A stretch of 64,000 nt of DNA from Mycobacteriales bacterium (GTDB taxonomy: Bacteria > Actinomycetota > Actinomycetes > Mycobacteriales > HKI-0501), in the NCBI GenBank assembly GCA_036402915.1, contig DASWRY010000022.1, positions 19,629 to 83,628 of the forward strand. The letters are read 5' to 3'. A program made the translations under genes and the position numbers. The notes under the pieces were generated by a model. The model did not search any database, was not told the origin of the DNA, and saw nothing but the letters and a program-made list of their open reading frames with translations. This document shows, in pieces, positions 50,022 through 57,999 of the stretch (position 1 is the stretch's first letter; each line of letters starts with the position of its first letter).

Positions 50022-50471
50022 GTGGTCATGCTCTTCGTCGGTTCGAGCGGCGGCCACCTGGCGCAACTGCTGGCCCTCCGCCCGTGGTGGGAGGACCGGG
50101 AACGGTACTGGGTCACGTTCCGGACCCCGGACGCCGAGTCGCTCCTCGCGGGCGAGCACGTCGACTGGGCGTACCACCCCACCACCCGCAACGTCCACAA
50201 CCTGCTGCGCAACACCGTCCTGGCGCGCAGGGTCCTCCGCCGCCGGCATCCCGACGCGATCGTCTCGACGGGCGCGGCGGTGGCGCTGCCGTTCTTCGTG
50301 CTGGGCCGCCTGGCCCGCATCCCCACCGTGTACCTCGAGGTCTGCGACCGGATCGAGACGCCGACGCTGACGGCCCGGCTCTGCCGTCCGTTCACCACCG
50401 CGATGCTGGTGCAGTGGGAGGAGCAGCAGGCGCTGTACCCCGGGTCCACCGTCGTCGGACGGCTGCTGTGA
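50022..50471 (+). CDS. Alg14-like / PssD-type glycosyltransferase membrane-associated subunit
   Basis: GTG at 50022 lies 7 nt after GGGAGG. Seen: LFVGSSGGHLAQLL..., HPDAIVSTGAAVALPFF and VYLEVCDRIETPTLTARL, matching the Alg14/PssD pattern. Confidence 0.75.
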   Translation: MVMLFVGSSGGHLAQLLALRPWWEDRERYWVTFRTPDAESLLAGEHVDWAYHPTTRNVHNLLRNTVLARRVLRRRHPDAIVSTGAAVALPFFVLGRLARIPTVYLEVCDRIETPTLTARLCRPFTTAMLVQWEEQQALYPGSTVVGRLL

Positions 50472-51919
50472 CCGCCCCGCTGGTCGTCGTGACGGCCGGC
50501 ACCGACGTCCACCCGTTCGACCGGCTCGTCGCCTGGGCAGACCGGTGGTGCGCCGAGTCGGGCGCGCGTTGCGTCGTGCAGTACGGGACCTCGGCGCCGC
50601 CGTCCGTCGCGGCAGGCGAGGCGTACGTCGACCACGCGCGGCTGCAGGAACTCCTCGCCGAGGCGGCGGTGGTCGTCTGCCACGGCGGCCCGGCGACGAT
50701 CGCCGAGGCCCGGCGCGGCGGCCACGTCCCGCTGGTCGTCCCCCGGGACCCGGCCCTGCGCGAGCACGTGGACGACCACCAGCAGCGCTTCGCGCGCCGC
50801 CTCGCCGCCGACGGCCTGATCCGGATGTGCCCCACCGAGGAGTCCCTGCGTGCCGCGCTCGGGGCCGCGCTGGCCGACCCCGAGGCGTACCACGCGCCGA
50901 CACCACGGGAGATCGCCGAGGGCGCCGCCCCGGTCGGTGAGGCGGTGCTCGCCGTGGGTGCGATCGTGGATGCGCTCGTCGCGCCGCGGCGACGGCGCGA
51001 CCTGCGCGTGCTGTTCGTCGGCGGGCTCGGCCGGAGCGGCTCGACGCTGGTGGACCGGATGCTCGCCCAGATGCCGGACGTGTGCTCGGTCGGCGAGCTG
51101 GTGCACGTCTGGGAGCGATCGGTCCGCGACAACGAGCTGTGCGGGTGTGGCGAGACGTTCGCCGCGTGCCCGTTCTGGCAGAAGGTCGGCAAGCTCGCCT
51201 TCGGCGGCTGGGACGCCGTGGACGTCGACGAGGTCCTGCGCCTGCGGGCGCGCGCCGACCGCACGCGCTTCGTCCCCGCGCTCGCGCTGCCCCGGCTGTC
51301 GGCCCGGCGGCGCGCGGATGTCGCCGCGTACACCTCCTACTACACCGCGATCTACGCGGCGGTCCGCGAGATCACCGGCTGCCGGGTCGTCGTGGACTCG
51401 AGCAAGCACGCCTCGCTCGCCTTCGCGCTGCGGTGGGCGGACGAGGCCGACATCCGGGTGCTGCACCTCGTCCGGGACGCGCGCGGCGTCGCGTACTCGT
51501 GGTCGAAACGGCTGCTGCGGCCGGAGGTGGTCGGGGGCGGGCAGTACATGCCGCAGTACTCCCCGGCCGAGGTCAGCGCGCTGTGGACCGCGCAGAACAT
51601 GGCGTTCGGCCTCCTCGGCGCGACGGGCGTCCCGGTGCTCCGTCTCCGGTACGAGGACGTGCTCGCCGATCCGGCGGGCACGCTGGGGCGTCTCCGGGAG
51701 CTGGCCGGGCTGCCGCCGCGGGACGCCGACTTCCTCGCCGGGGACGGCGTGCGCCTCGACGTCGACCACACCGTCGCGGGGAACCCGATGCGGTTCCGGA
51801 CCGGGCACGTCCCGCTCCGGCCGGACGAGGAGTGGCGGACCGGCCTGCCCCGGCGCGACCGGCGTCTCGTCGCCGCGCTCACCCTCCCGCTGCGGCTGCG
51901 GTACGGGTACCTGCCGTGA
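50468..51919 (+). CDS. fusion protein: Alg13-like/PssE-type glycosyltransferase catalytic half (Glyco_tran_28_C) plus C-terminal sulfotransferase domain
   Basis: The GTG overlaps the Alg14-like stop (GTGA). The N-terminal half has VVVTAGTDVHPFDRLV, VCHGGPATIAEA and REHVDDHQQRFA. The C-terminal half has the 5'-PSB FVGGLGRSGSTLV and the 3'-PB VLHLVRDARGVAYSW. Confidence 0.75.
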   Translation: MTAPLVVVTAGTDVHPFDRLVAWADRWCAESGARCVVQYGTSAPPSVAAGEAYVDHARLQELLAEAAVVVCHGGPATIAEARRGGHVPLVVPRDPALREHVDDHQQRFARRLAADGLIRMCPTEESLRAALGAALADPEAYHAPTPREIAEGAAPVGEAVLAVGAIVDALVAPRRRRDLRVLFVGGLGRSGSTLVDRMLAQMPDVCSVGELVHVWERSVRDNELCGCGETFAACPFWQKVGKLAFGGWDAVDVDEVLRLRARADRTRFVPALALPRLSARRRADVAAYTSYYTAIYAAVREITGCRVVVDSSKHASLAFALRWADEADIRVLHLVRDARGVAYSWSKRLLRPEVVGGGQYMPQYSPAEVSALWTAQNMAFGLLGATGVPVLRLRYEDVLADPAGTLGRLRELAGLPPRDADFLAGDGVRLDVDHTVAGNPMRFRTGHVPLRPDEEWRTGLPRRDRRLVAALTLPLRLRYGYLP

Positions 51920-52812
51920 ACTGCCCGCCGGTCGACGTCGTCGTACCGACGCGGGACCGGCCGGAGCTGCTGCGCGAGGCGGTCGACGCGGCGCTCGCGC
52001 AGGACTATCCGGGAACCGTCGCGGTGTACGTCGTGGACGACCGCAGCGAGCGGCCGCCGTCCGCCGATCCCCGCGTGGTGACCCTGGCGAACACCCGCAC
52101 GCCCGGTCTCGCCGGCGCCCGGAACACCGGGATCCTCGCCGGGAACGGGGAGTTCGTGGCCTTCTGCGACGACGACGACGTGTGGCTGCCGGGCAAGCTC
52201 CGCAGGCAGGTGGAGGCGCTGACGGTCAGCGGGGCGGACGTCGCGTGCTGCGGAATCCGGATCTCCTGCGGCGGCGGGACCGTGGACCGCACCCTGCGCG
52301 CCGAGCGCATCACGCTGCCCGACCTTCTCCGGTCACGGCTGACCGAGCTGCACCCGTCCACCTTCGTCCTGCGGCGTGCCGCGCTGGCGGGCGGGCTCGG
52401 CCTCGTCGACGAGGAGATCCCCGGCAGCTACGGCGAGGACTACGAGCTGTTGCTCCGCGCGGCCCGGCGGGGGGCGATCCTCAACGTCCCCGAGGTGCTC
52501 GCCGAGGTGCGCTGGCACCCGCGGTCGTACTTCGGCGGTCGCTGGGACACGATCTCGACCGCGCTGCAGTGGCTGCTGGAACGGTACCCCGAGTTCGCGG
52601 CCGAGCCCCGGGGACGGGCGCGGGTGACCGGGCAGATCGCGTTCGCGCGGGCCGCCGCGGGCGCGCGGGGCGACGCCGTGCGCTGGGCCGGCCGGACGCT
52701 GCGGGGCAACGCGCGCGAGCCCCGCGCGTACCTCGCGCTGGCGGTGGCCTCGGGGGCGGTGAGCGCCGAGGGGGTCCTCGCGAGGCTCCACACCCGGGGA
52801 CGGGGTCTCTAA
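51916..52812 (+). CDS. glycosyltransferase family 2
   Basis: The start overlaps the upstream stop (GTGA). Seen: VDVVVPTRDRPELL, VVDDRS, ARNTGI and FCDDDDVW (a DxD motif). Confidence 0.8.
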   Translation: MNCPPVDVVVPTRDRPELLREAVDAALAQDYPGTVAVYVVDDRSERPPSADPRVVTLANTRTPGLAGARNTGILAGNGEFVAFCDDDDVWLPGKLRRQVEALTVSGADVACCGIRISCGGGTVDRTLRAERITLPDLLRSRLTELHPSTFVLRRAALAGGLGLVDEEIPGSYGEDYELLLRAARRGAILNVPEVLAEVRWHPRSYFGGRWDTISTALQWLLERYPEFAAEPRGRARVTGQIAFARAAAGARGDAVRWAGRTLRGNAREPRAYLALAVASGAVSAEGVLARLHTRGRGL

Positions 52813-52863
52813 CCCCCATGTCATACTGGTTGAGTAGGAAACCACCGCCCCGAGGAGTCCCGC

Positions 52864-54048
52864 TTGTCCGACGTCACGCTCGACGGTGCCGCCCTGGACG
52901 ACCTCGAACTGCTCCTCGGCGGCGCGTACGCGCCCCTGGACCGGTACCTCTCCGACGCGGAGGCAGCGGCCGGCACGCTGCCCGACGGGACCCCCGTCCC
53001 GCTCCGGCTGACGCGCCCGGCCGAGGGCGAGGCCGTCCTGCGAGACCCGGAGGGCGCGCCGGTGGCCCGGCTCTGCGCGGACGGCCGCGTCGAGGCGGTC
53101 GCGCCGCGGGAGGTCGTCACGTTCGGCCGGCTGCGGCGTCCCGCCCGGGAGGTCGCGGCGGAGGTCACCGGCCCCGTGCTCGGGGTACCGGTCGACGGGC
53201 CGCTCTCCCGCCGCGCGCTGGACCGGATCACGGCGGCCGGACTGCCGGTGCTGCTGCTCCCGCTCGTCGGCGCCGACCGGCACGGCGACCCCGACGCGCT
53301 GATCCGGATGACGCTCGCCGCCGCCGGGGAGCTGCCGGAGGGCACGCGCGTCGTCGCGGTGCCCCTGTCCCGGCGCCCCGAGCCGGTCGAGTCCCTGCTG
53401 CGCGCGCACGTGGCCGCGGCGTACGGCGCGACCGAGGTGCTGTCCCCCGCCGGTGACGACCCGTCCCCCGACTACCCCGCCGCGATCGCCGCGGAGCTCG
53501 CGCGTCCGCGCGGGCTGACCGTGTTCTTCACCGGCCTCTCGGGCTCCGGCAAGTCCACCGTCGCCCGCGCGCTGGCCGGGCGTCTCGCCGAGCGCGGCGA
53601 CCGCACGGTGAGCCTGCTCGACGGTGACGTGGTCCGCCGCAGCCTGTCCGCGGGCCTCGGGTTCTCCCGGGAGGACCGGGACCGCAACGTCACCCGCATC
53701 GGCTGGGTGGCCGCCGAGGTCACCCGGCACGGCGGGCTCGCGATCTGCGCGCCGATCGCCCCGTACGCGTCGGTGCGCGCGGAGGTCCGGCGCCTCGTCG
53801 AGCGGTACGGCGACTTCGTGCTGGTCCACGTGGCGACTCCGCTCGAGGAGTGCGAGCGGCGGGACCGCAAGGGCCTGTACGCGAAGGCCCGGGCCGGCGA
53901 GATCCCCGCGTTCACCGGCATCTCCGATCCGTACGAGGTACCGGACGACGCGGACCTCGCGATCGACACCACCCACCTGACCGTTGCCGAGGCGACCGAG
54001 GCCGTGCTGCGGCTGCTCGTCGACCGCGGCCTGCTGCGGGAGAGCTGA
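52864..54048 (+). CDS. cysC: adenylyl-sulfate (APS) kinase with N-terminal degenerate ATP-sulfurylase-like domain
   Basis: TTG at 52864 lies 7 nt after GAGGAG. The N-terminal ~200 aa follow a Sat pattern (DLELLLGGAYAPLDRYL; LLLPLVGADRHGD). VDGPLSRRAL replaces the QxRNPxHRxH loop. The C-terminal half has FTGLSGSGKST, LDGDVVR and FSREDRDRN. Confidence 0.8.
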   Translation: MSDVTLDGAALDDLELLLGGAYAPLDRYLSDAEAAAGTLPDGTPVPLRLTRPAEGEAVLRDPEGAPVARLCADGRVEAVAPREVVTFGRLRRPAREVAAEVTGPVLGVPVDGPLSRRALDRITAAGLPVLLLPLVGADRHGDPDALIRMTLAAAGELPEGTRVVAVPLSRRPEPVESLLRAHVAAAYGATEVLSPAGDDPSPDYPAAIAAELARPRGLTVFFTGLSGSGKSTVARALAGRLAERGDRTVSLLDGDVVRRSLSAGLGFSREDRDRNVTRIGWVAAEVTRHGGLAICAPIAPYASVRAEVRRLVERYGDFVLVHVATPLEECERRDRKGLYAKARAGEIPAFTGISDPYEVPDDADLAIDTTHLTVAEATEAVLRLLVDRGLLRES

Positions 54049-54050
54049 CC

Positions 54051-55019
54051 GTGGACTGGACGATGGCCGTGGCAGGCTTCGTCGTCGGCATCGTCGTGGG
54101 GCTGACGGGCATGGGCGGCGGCGCGCTGATGACGCCGATGCTCGTGCTCGTGTTCGGCATCCAGCCGCTCGCCGCGGTGTCGTCGGACCTCCTGGCGTCG
54201 TTCGTCATGAAGCCCGTCGGCAGCCTCGTGCACCTCCGCCGCGGCACGGTGCACCTGAAGATGGTCGGCTGGCTCATGCTCGGCTCGGTGCCGTCGGCCT
54301 TCGTGGGCGTGCTGATCCTCAAGACGCTCGGCGACAGCGCCGGGGTGCAGTCCGCCGTGAAGATCGCCCTCGGCGTCGCCCTGCTGCTGGCGACGGCCGG
54401 GCTGATCGGCAAGGCGTACCTGCAGATGCGCGACACGGCCCGGCGCCGCCGCGGGGAGCTGCCGCCCGCGCCCCCCGCGAACGCTCCCGTGCCAGTCCGC
54501 CCGCTCGCGACCGTGCTCGTCGGCGTCCTCGGCGGCCTGGTCGTCGGCATGACGTCGGTCGGCTCCGGGTCGCTGATGATCATCGCGCTGATGGCGCTGT
54601 ACCCCGCGCTCTCCGCGTCGCGCCTCGTCGGGACGGACCTGGTCCAGGCCGTGCCGCTGGTGGGCGCGGCCGCGTTCGGGCACGCGATGTTCGGCGACCT
54701 GCAGCTCGACGTCACCGGGGCGCTGCTCGTCGGTGCGATCCCGGGCGTGTACCTGGGCTCGCGGATCTCCTCCCGCGCGCCGCAGGGCGTCGTCCGGCGG
54801 GCCCTGACCCTCGTGCTGATCGCCTCGGGCCTCAAGCTCCTCGGCGTCGGCACGGTCGCGCTCGGCTGGGCGCTCCTCGCGGTGTGCGTGGCCGGGCCGC
54901 TGCTGTGGGGCTGGGCACGCACGCGCCAGGGCCTGGCGCCGCTGGCCCGCCTCGAGCGGCGCGGACCCGTGGGCGCGGCACACTCCAGAGACGACCAGGC
55001 CCCGGTCACCACACGGTGA
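54051..55019 (+). CDS. TauE/SafE family sulfite/organosulfonate-type anion exporter (DUF81)
   Basis: GTG at 54051 lies 2 nt after the cysC stop. There are two repeated halves with GLTGMGGGALMTP and GMTSVGSGSLMI motifs and about 8 TM segments. Confidence 0.8.
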   Translation: MDWTMAVAGFVVGIVVGLTGMGGGALMTPMLVLVFGIQPLAAVSSDLLASFVMKPVGSLVHLRRGTVHLKMVGWLMLGSVPSAFVGVLILKTLGDSAGVQSAVKIALGVALLLATAGLIGKAYLQMRDTARRRRGELPPAPPANAPVPVRPLATVLVGVLGGLVVGMTSVGSGSLMIIALMALYPALSASRLVGTDLVQAVPLVGAAAFGHAMFGDLQLDVTGALLVGAIPGVYLGSRISSRAPQGVVRRALTLVLIASGLKLLGVGTVALGWALLAVCVAGPLLWGWARTRQGLAPLARLERRGPVGAAHSRDDQAPVTTR

Positions 55020-55025
55020 CCGGGG

Positions 55026-55042
55026 CCCCGGACGTACCGGGG
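55026..55042. terminator. short hairpin between convergent TauE-family and cysN genes
   Basis: ccccgg [acgta] ccgggg lies in the 24-nt spacer. Confidence 0.3.
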
Positions 55043-55043
55043 G

Positions 55044-56309
55044 TCAGCCCGCCTGGACCACGATCGCCGCGGCGACGGTGCGGTTGGTGGCCTCGTCCAC
55101 GAGGATGAAGCCGCCCGTGGAGCGGTTCCGGCGGTACTCGTCCACGAACAGCGGCTGGGTGGTGCGCAGGGTCACCCGGCCGATCTCGTTGAGCCGCAGT
55201 GCGCCGGGGTGCTCGTCCCGGTGCAGGGTGTTGACGTCCAGCCGGTACGCGATGTCGCGGACGACCGTGCGCACGGTCCGGGTGGTGTGCTTGAGGGTGT
55301 ACTTGCGGCCGGGCTCGAGCGCGGCCTGCTCGTCCATCCAGCAGATCATCGCCTCGACGTCCTGCGCGGAGTGCGGGGCGTTGTGCGGGCGGCAGATCAT
55401 GTCCCCCCGGGACACGTCGAGCTCGTCGGCGAGGCGTACCACGACCGACATCGGCGGGAACGCCTCGTCCACCGGCCCGTCCGCGGTGTCGATGGCCTCG
55501 ATCCGGGTGGTGAACCCGGACGGGAGCACCATCACCTCGTCGCCCGGCTTCATCACGCCACCGGCGACCGTGCCGGCGTACCCGCGGTAGTCCGGGTGGG
55601 CCGCCGACTGCGGCCGGATGACGTACTGGACCGGGAACCGGACGTCGACCAGGTTCCGGTCGGAGGCGACGTGGACGTTCTCCAGGTGGTGCAGCAGGGA
55701 CGGCCCGTCGTACCAGGGCATGTTGTCCGACCGGCTGACGATGTTGTCCCCGTGGAGCGCCGAGATCGGCAGGACCGTCAGGTCGGGCACGTCCAGCTTG
55801 GTGGCGAACGCGGTGAACTCGTCCTTGATGGCCTCGAACACGTCCTGGGAGTAGTCGACCAGGTCCATCTTGTTCACGGCCAGCACCAGGTGCGGCACCC
55901 GCAGCAGGGTGACCAGGAACGCGTGCCGCCGCGACTGCTCCACCAGCCCCTTGCGGGCGTCCACCAGCACGATGGCGAGGTCCGCGGTGGAGGCGCCGGT
56001 GACCATGTTGCGGGTGTACTGGATGTGCCCCGGGGTGTCGGCGATGACGAACTTGCGCCGCGGGGTGGCGAAGTACCGGTACGCCACGTCGATCGTGATG
56101 CCCTGCTCCCGCTCGGCCCGCAGGCCGTCGGTGAGCAACGCCAGGTTCGTGTACTCGTCGCCGCGGTCGCGGCTGGTCCGCTCCACCGCGTCCAGCTGGT
56201 CGGTGAAGATCGACTTCGAGTCGTACAGCAGACGCCCGATGAGGGTCGACTTGCCGTCGTCGACCGAGCCCGCCGTGGCGAACCGCAACATGTCCATGTC
56301 GTGAGCCAT
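55044..56309 (-). CDS. cysN: sulfate adenylyltransferase subunit 1 (GTPase), no fused APS-kinase domain
   Basis: Seen: GSVDDGKSTLIGRLL, DTPGH and NKMD. About 420 aa, ending after the EF-Tu-like beta-barrel domains. Confidence 0.9.
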   Translation of the reverse strand: MAHDMDMLRFATAGSVDDGKSTLIGRLLYDSKSIFTDQLDAVERTSRDRGDEYTNLALLTDGLRAEREQGITIDVAYRYFATPRRKFVIADTPGHIQYTRNMVTGASTADLAIVLVDARKGLVEQSRRHAFLVTLLRVPHLVLAVNKMDLVDYSQDVFEAIKDEFTAFATKLDVPDLTVLPISALHGDNIVSRSDNMPWYDGPSLLHHLENVHVASDRNLVDVRFPVQYVIRPQSAAHPDYRGYAGTVAGGVMKPGDEVMVLPSGFTTRIEAIDTADGPVDEAFPPMSVVVRLADELDVSRGDMICRPHNAPHSAQDVEAMICWMDEQAALEPGRKYTLKHTTRTVRTVVRDIAYRLDVNTLHRDEHPGALRLNEIGRVTLRTTQPLFVDEYRRNRSTGGFILVDEATNRTVAAAIVVQAG

Positions 56310-56311
56310 GC

Positions 56312-57217
56312 CTAGAAGTACCCCTCGCGCTTGCGGTCCTCCATGGCGGACTCGCTGACCTTGTCGTCCCCGCGGGTGGCCCCGCGTTCGGTGAGCCGGG
56401 TCGCGGCGATCTCCGCGATGACCTTCTCGGTGGTGTCCGCGTCCGAGGCCACCGCCGCGGTGAGCGTCGCGTCCCCGACCGTGCGGTAGCGCACCGACGC
56501 GGTGAACACCTCGTCACCCTCACCCGGGACCGCGAACTCGTTGGCGGCCATCAGCATCCCGTCCCGCCGGAACACCTCCCGGGTGTGCGCGAAGTAGATC
56601 GACGGGATCTCGATCCCCTCGGCGTGGATGTACTCCCAGATGTCGAGCTCGGTCCAGTTCGAGAGCGGGAACACCCGGATGCTCTCGCCCAGGTGCACCC
56701 GGCCGTTGTAGAGGTTCCACAGCTCCGGCCGCTGGTTCTTCGGGTCCCACTGGCCGAACTCGTCCCGGAAGGAGAACACCCGCTCCTTCGCCCGCGCCTT
56801 CTCCTCGTCGCGGCGCGCACCCCCGAACAGCGCGTCGAACCGGTGCTTCTCGGCGGCCTCGAGCAGCACCGGGGTCTGGATCCGGTTCCGCGACCCGCCC
56901 GGCTCCTCCCGCACCAGCCCCCGCTCGAGCGCCTCGGGCACGCTGGCCACGATCAGCTGCACGCCCAGCTCGGCGACCCGCTTGTCGCGGAACTCGAGCA
57001 CCTCGGGGAAGTTGTGCCCGGTGTCCACGTGCATCACCGGGAACGGGATCGGCGCCGGCGCGAACGCCTTCTCGGCGATCCGCAGCATCACGATCGAGTC
57101 CTTGCCGCCGGAGAACAGCAGGCACGGACGCTGCATCTCCGCCGCGACCTCACGGAAGACGTGGACCGCCTCGGCCTCGAGGGTGTCCAGCTGGCTGAGC
57201 CGGTAGTTCGATGTCAT
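56312..57217 (-). CDS. cysD: sulfate adenylyltransferase subunit 2
   Basis: Seen: LLFSGGKDSIVML (PP-loop), HVDTGHNFPE and PLSNWTELDIW. The start overlaps the cysQ stop (ATGA). Confidence 0.9.
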   Translation of the reverse strand: MTSNYRLSQLDTLEAEAVHVFREVAAEMQRPCLLFSGGKDSIVMLRIAEKAFAPAPIPFPVMHVDTGHNFPEVLEFRDKRVAELGVQLIVASVPEALERGLVREEPGGSRNRIQTPVLLEAAEKHRFDALFGGARRDEEKARAKERVFSFRDEFGQWDPKNQRPELWNLYNGRVHLGESIRVFPLSNWTELDIWEYIHAEGIEIPSIYFAHTREVFRRDGMLMAANEFAVPGEGDEVFTASVRYRTVGDATLTAAVASDADTTEKVIAEIAATRLTERGATRGDDKVSESAMEDRKREGYF

Positions 57218-57999
57218 CGGGGGTACTGGTCTCTCATCCGGTCGAGGAGCGCGTCGGCGACCGGCGCCGCGGCGACGAGCAGGTCGGGCAGGAGCGGGTC
57301 GGGCTGGTTGTACCGGAGCGGCGAACCGTCGAGGCGGCAACATCGCAGGCCCGCGGCCACGGCCACGGCGACCGGCGCGGCGGAGTCCCACTCGTACTGG
57401 CCGCCGCCGTGCACGTACGCGTCGACCTCGCCGAGGACGACGGCGGACACCTTCACCCCGGCGGACCCCATCGGCACCAGCTCGGCGCCGAGGTCCCCGG
57501 CCAGCGCGGCGACGAACTCGGGTGGGCGGGTGCGGCTCACCGCCAGGCGGAGGGGGCCGTCGGCGCGCGGCGGCACCACCGGCGGGGCGTCGGTCGCGAG
57601 CGTGGTGCCGCGCGCGGGCATCGCCACGGCGCCGGCGGTCAGCGAGCCGCCGGACCACAGCGCCACGTGGACAGCCCAGTCGCTGCGGCCCTCCTCGGAG
57701 AACTCCCGCGTGCCGTCGAGCGGATCCACGATCCACACCCGGTCGGCCGACACCCGGCCCGCCGGGTCGGCGCCCTCCTCGGACAGCACCGCGTCGCCGC
57801 GGCACAGCTCCGCGAGCCGGGCCACCAGGTACTCGTGCGCGGCCCGGTCCCCCGCCGCCTTCAGTGCGGCCGGGTCCGCGAAGCCCACGTCGGCCCGCAC
57901 CCGGAGCAGGAGCGCGCCCGCCTCGTCCGCGAGCCGCCGGGCGAGCGCAGCGTCACCTGCGACACGACCGAGCGGTCGTGTCGTCGGATCGGTCTGCAT
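57214..57999 (-). CDS. cysQ: 3'(2'),5'-bisphosphate nucleotidase (PAP phosphatase, inositol monophosphatase family)
   Basis: Seen: EEGA..., WIVDPLDGTREF and YEWDSAAP. The ATG overlaps the stop of the upstream sugar transferase (TGATG). Confidence 0.75.
   Translation of the reverse strand: MQTDPTTRPLGRVAGDAALARRLADEAGALLLRVRADVGFADPAALKAAGDRAAHEYLVARLAELCRGDAVLSEEGADPAGRVSADRVWIVDPLDGTREFSEEGRSDWAVHVALWSGGSLTAGAVAMPARGTTLATDAPPVVPPRADGPLRLAVSRTRPPEFVAALAGDLGAELVPMGSAGVKVSAVVLGEVDAYVHGGGQYEWDSAAPVAVAVAAGLRCCRLDGSPLRYNQPDPLLPDLLVAAAPVADALLDRMRDQYPR

Noticed and set aside
55044-57217. cysDN read as the ordinary assimilatory sulfate-activation operon, which would not be noteworthy.
   Set aside because: The reading is not fully excluded. 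It is disfavoured because the genes are chained to a priming glycosyltransferase and cysQ, sit beside cysC and two sulfotransferases, and have no cysH, sir or cysK nearby. The question is decidable only with the whole genome.
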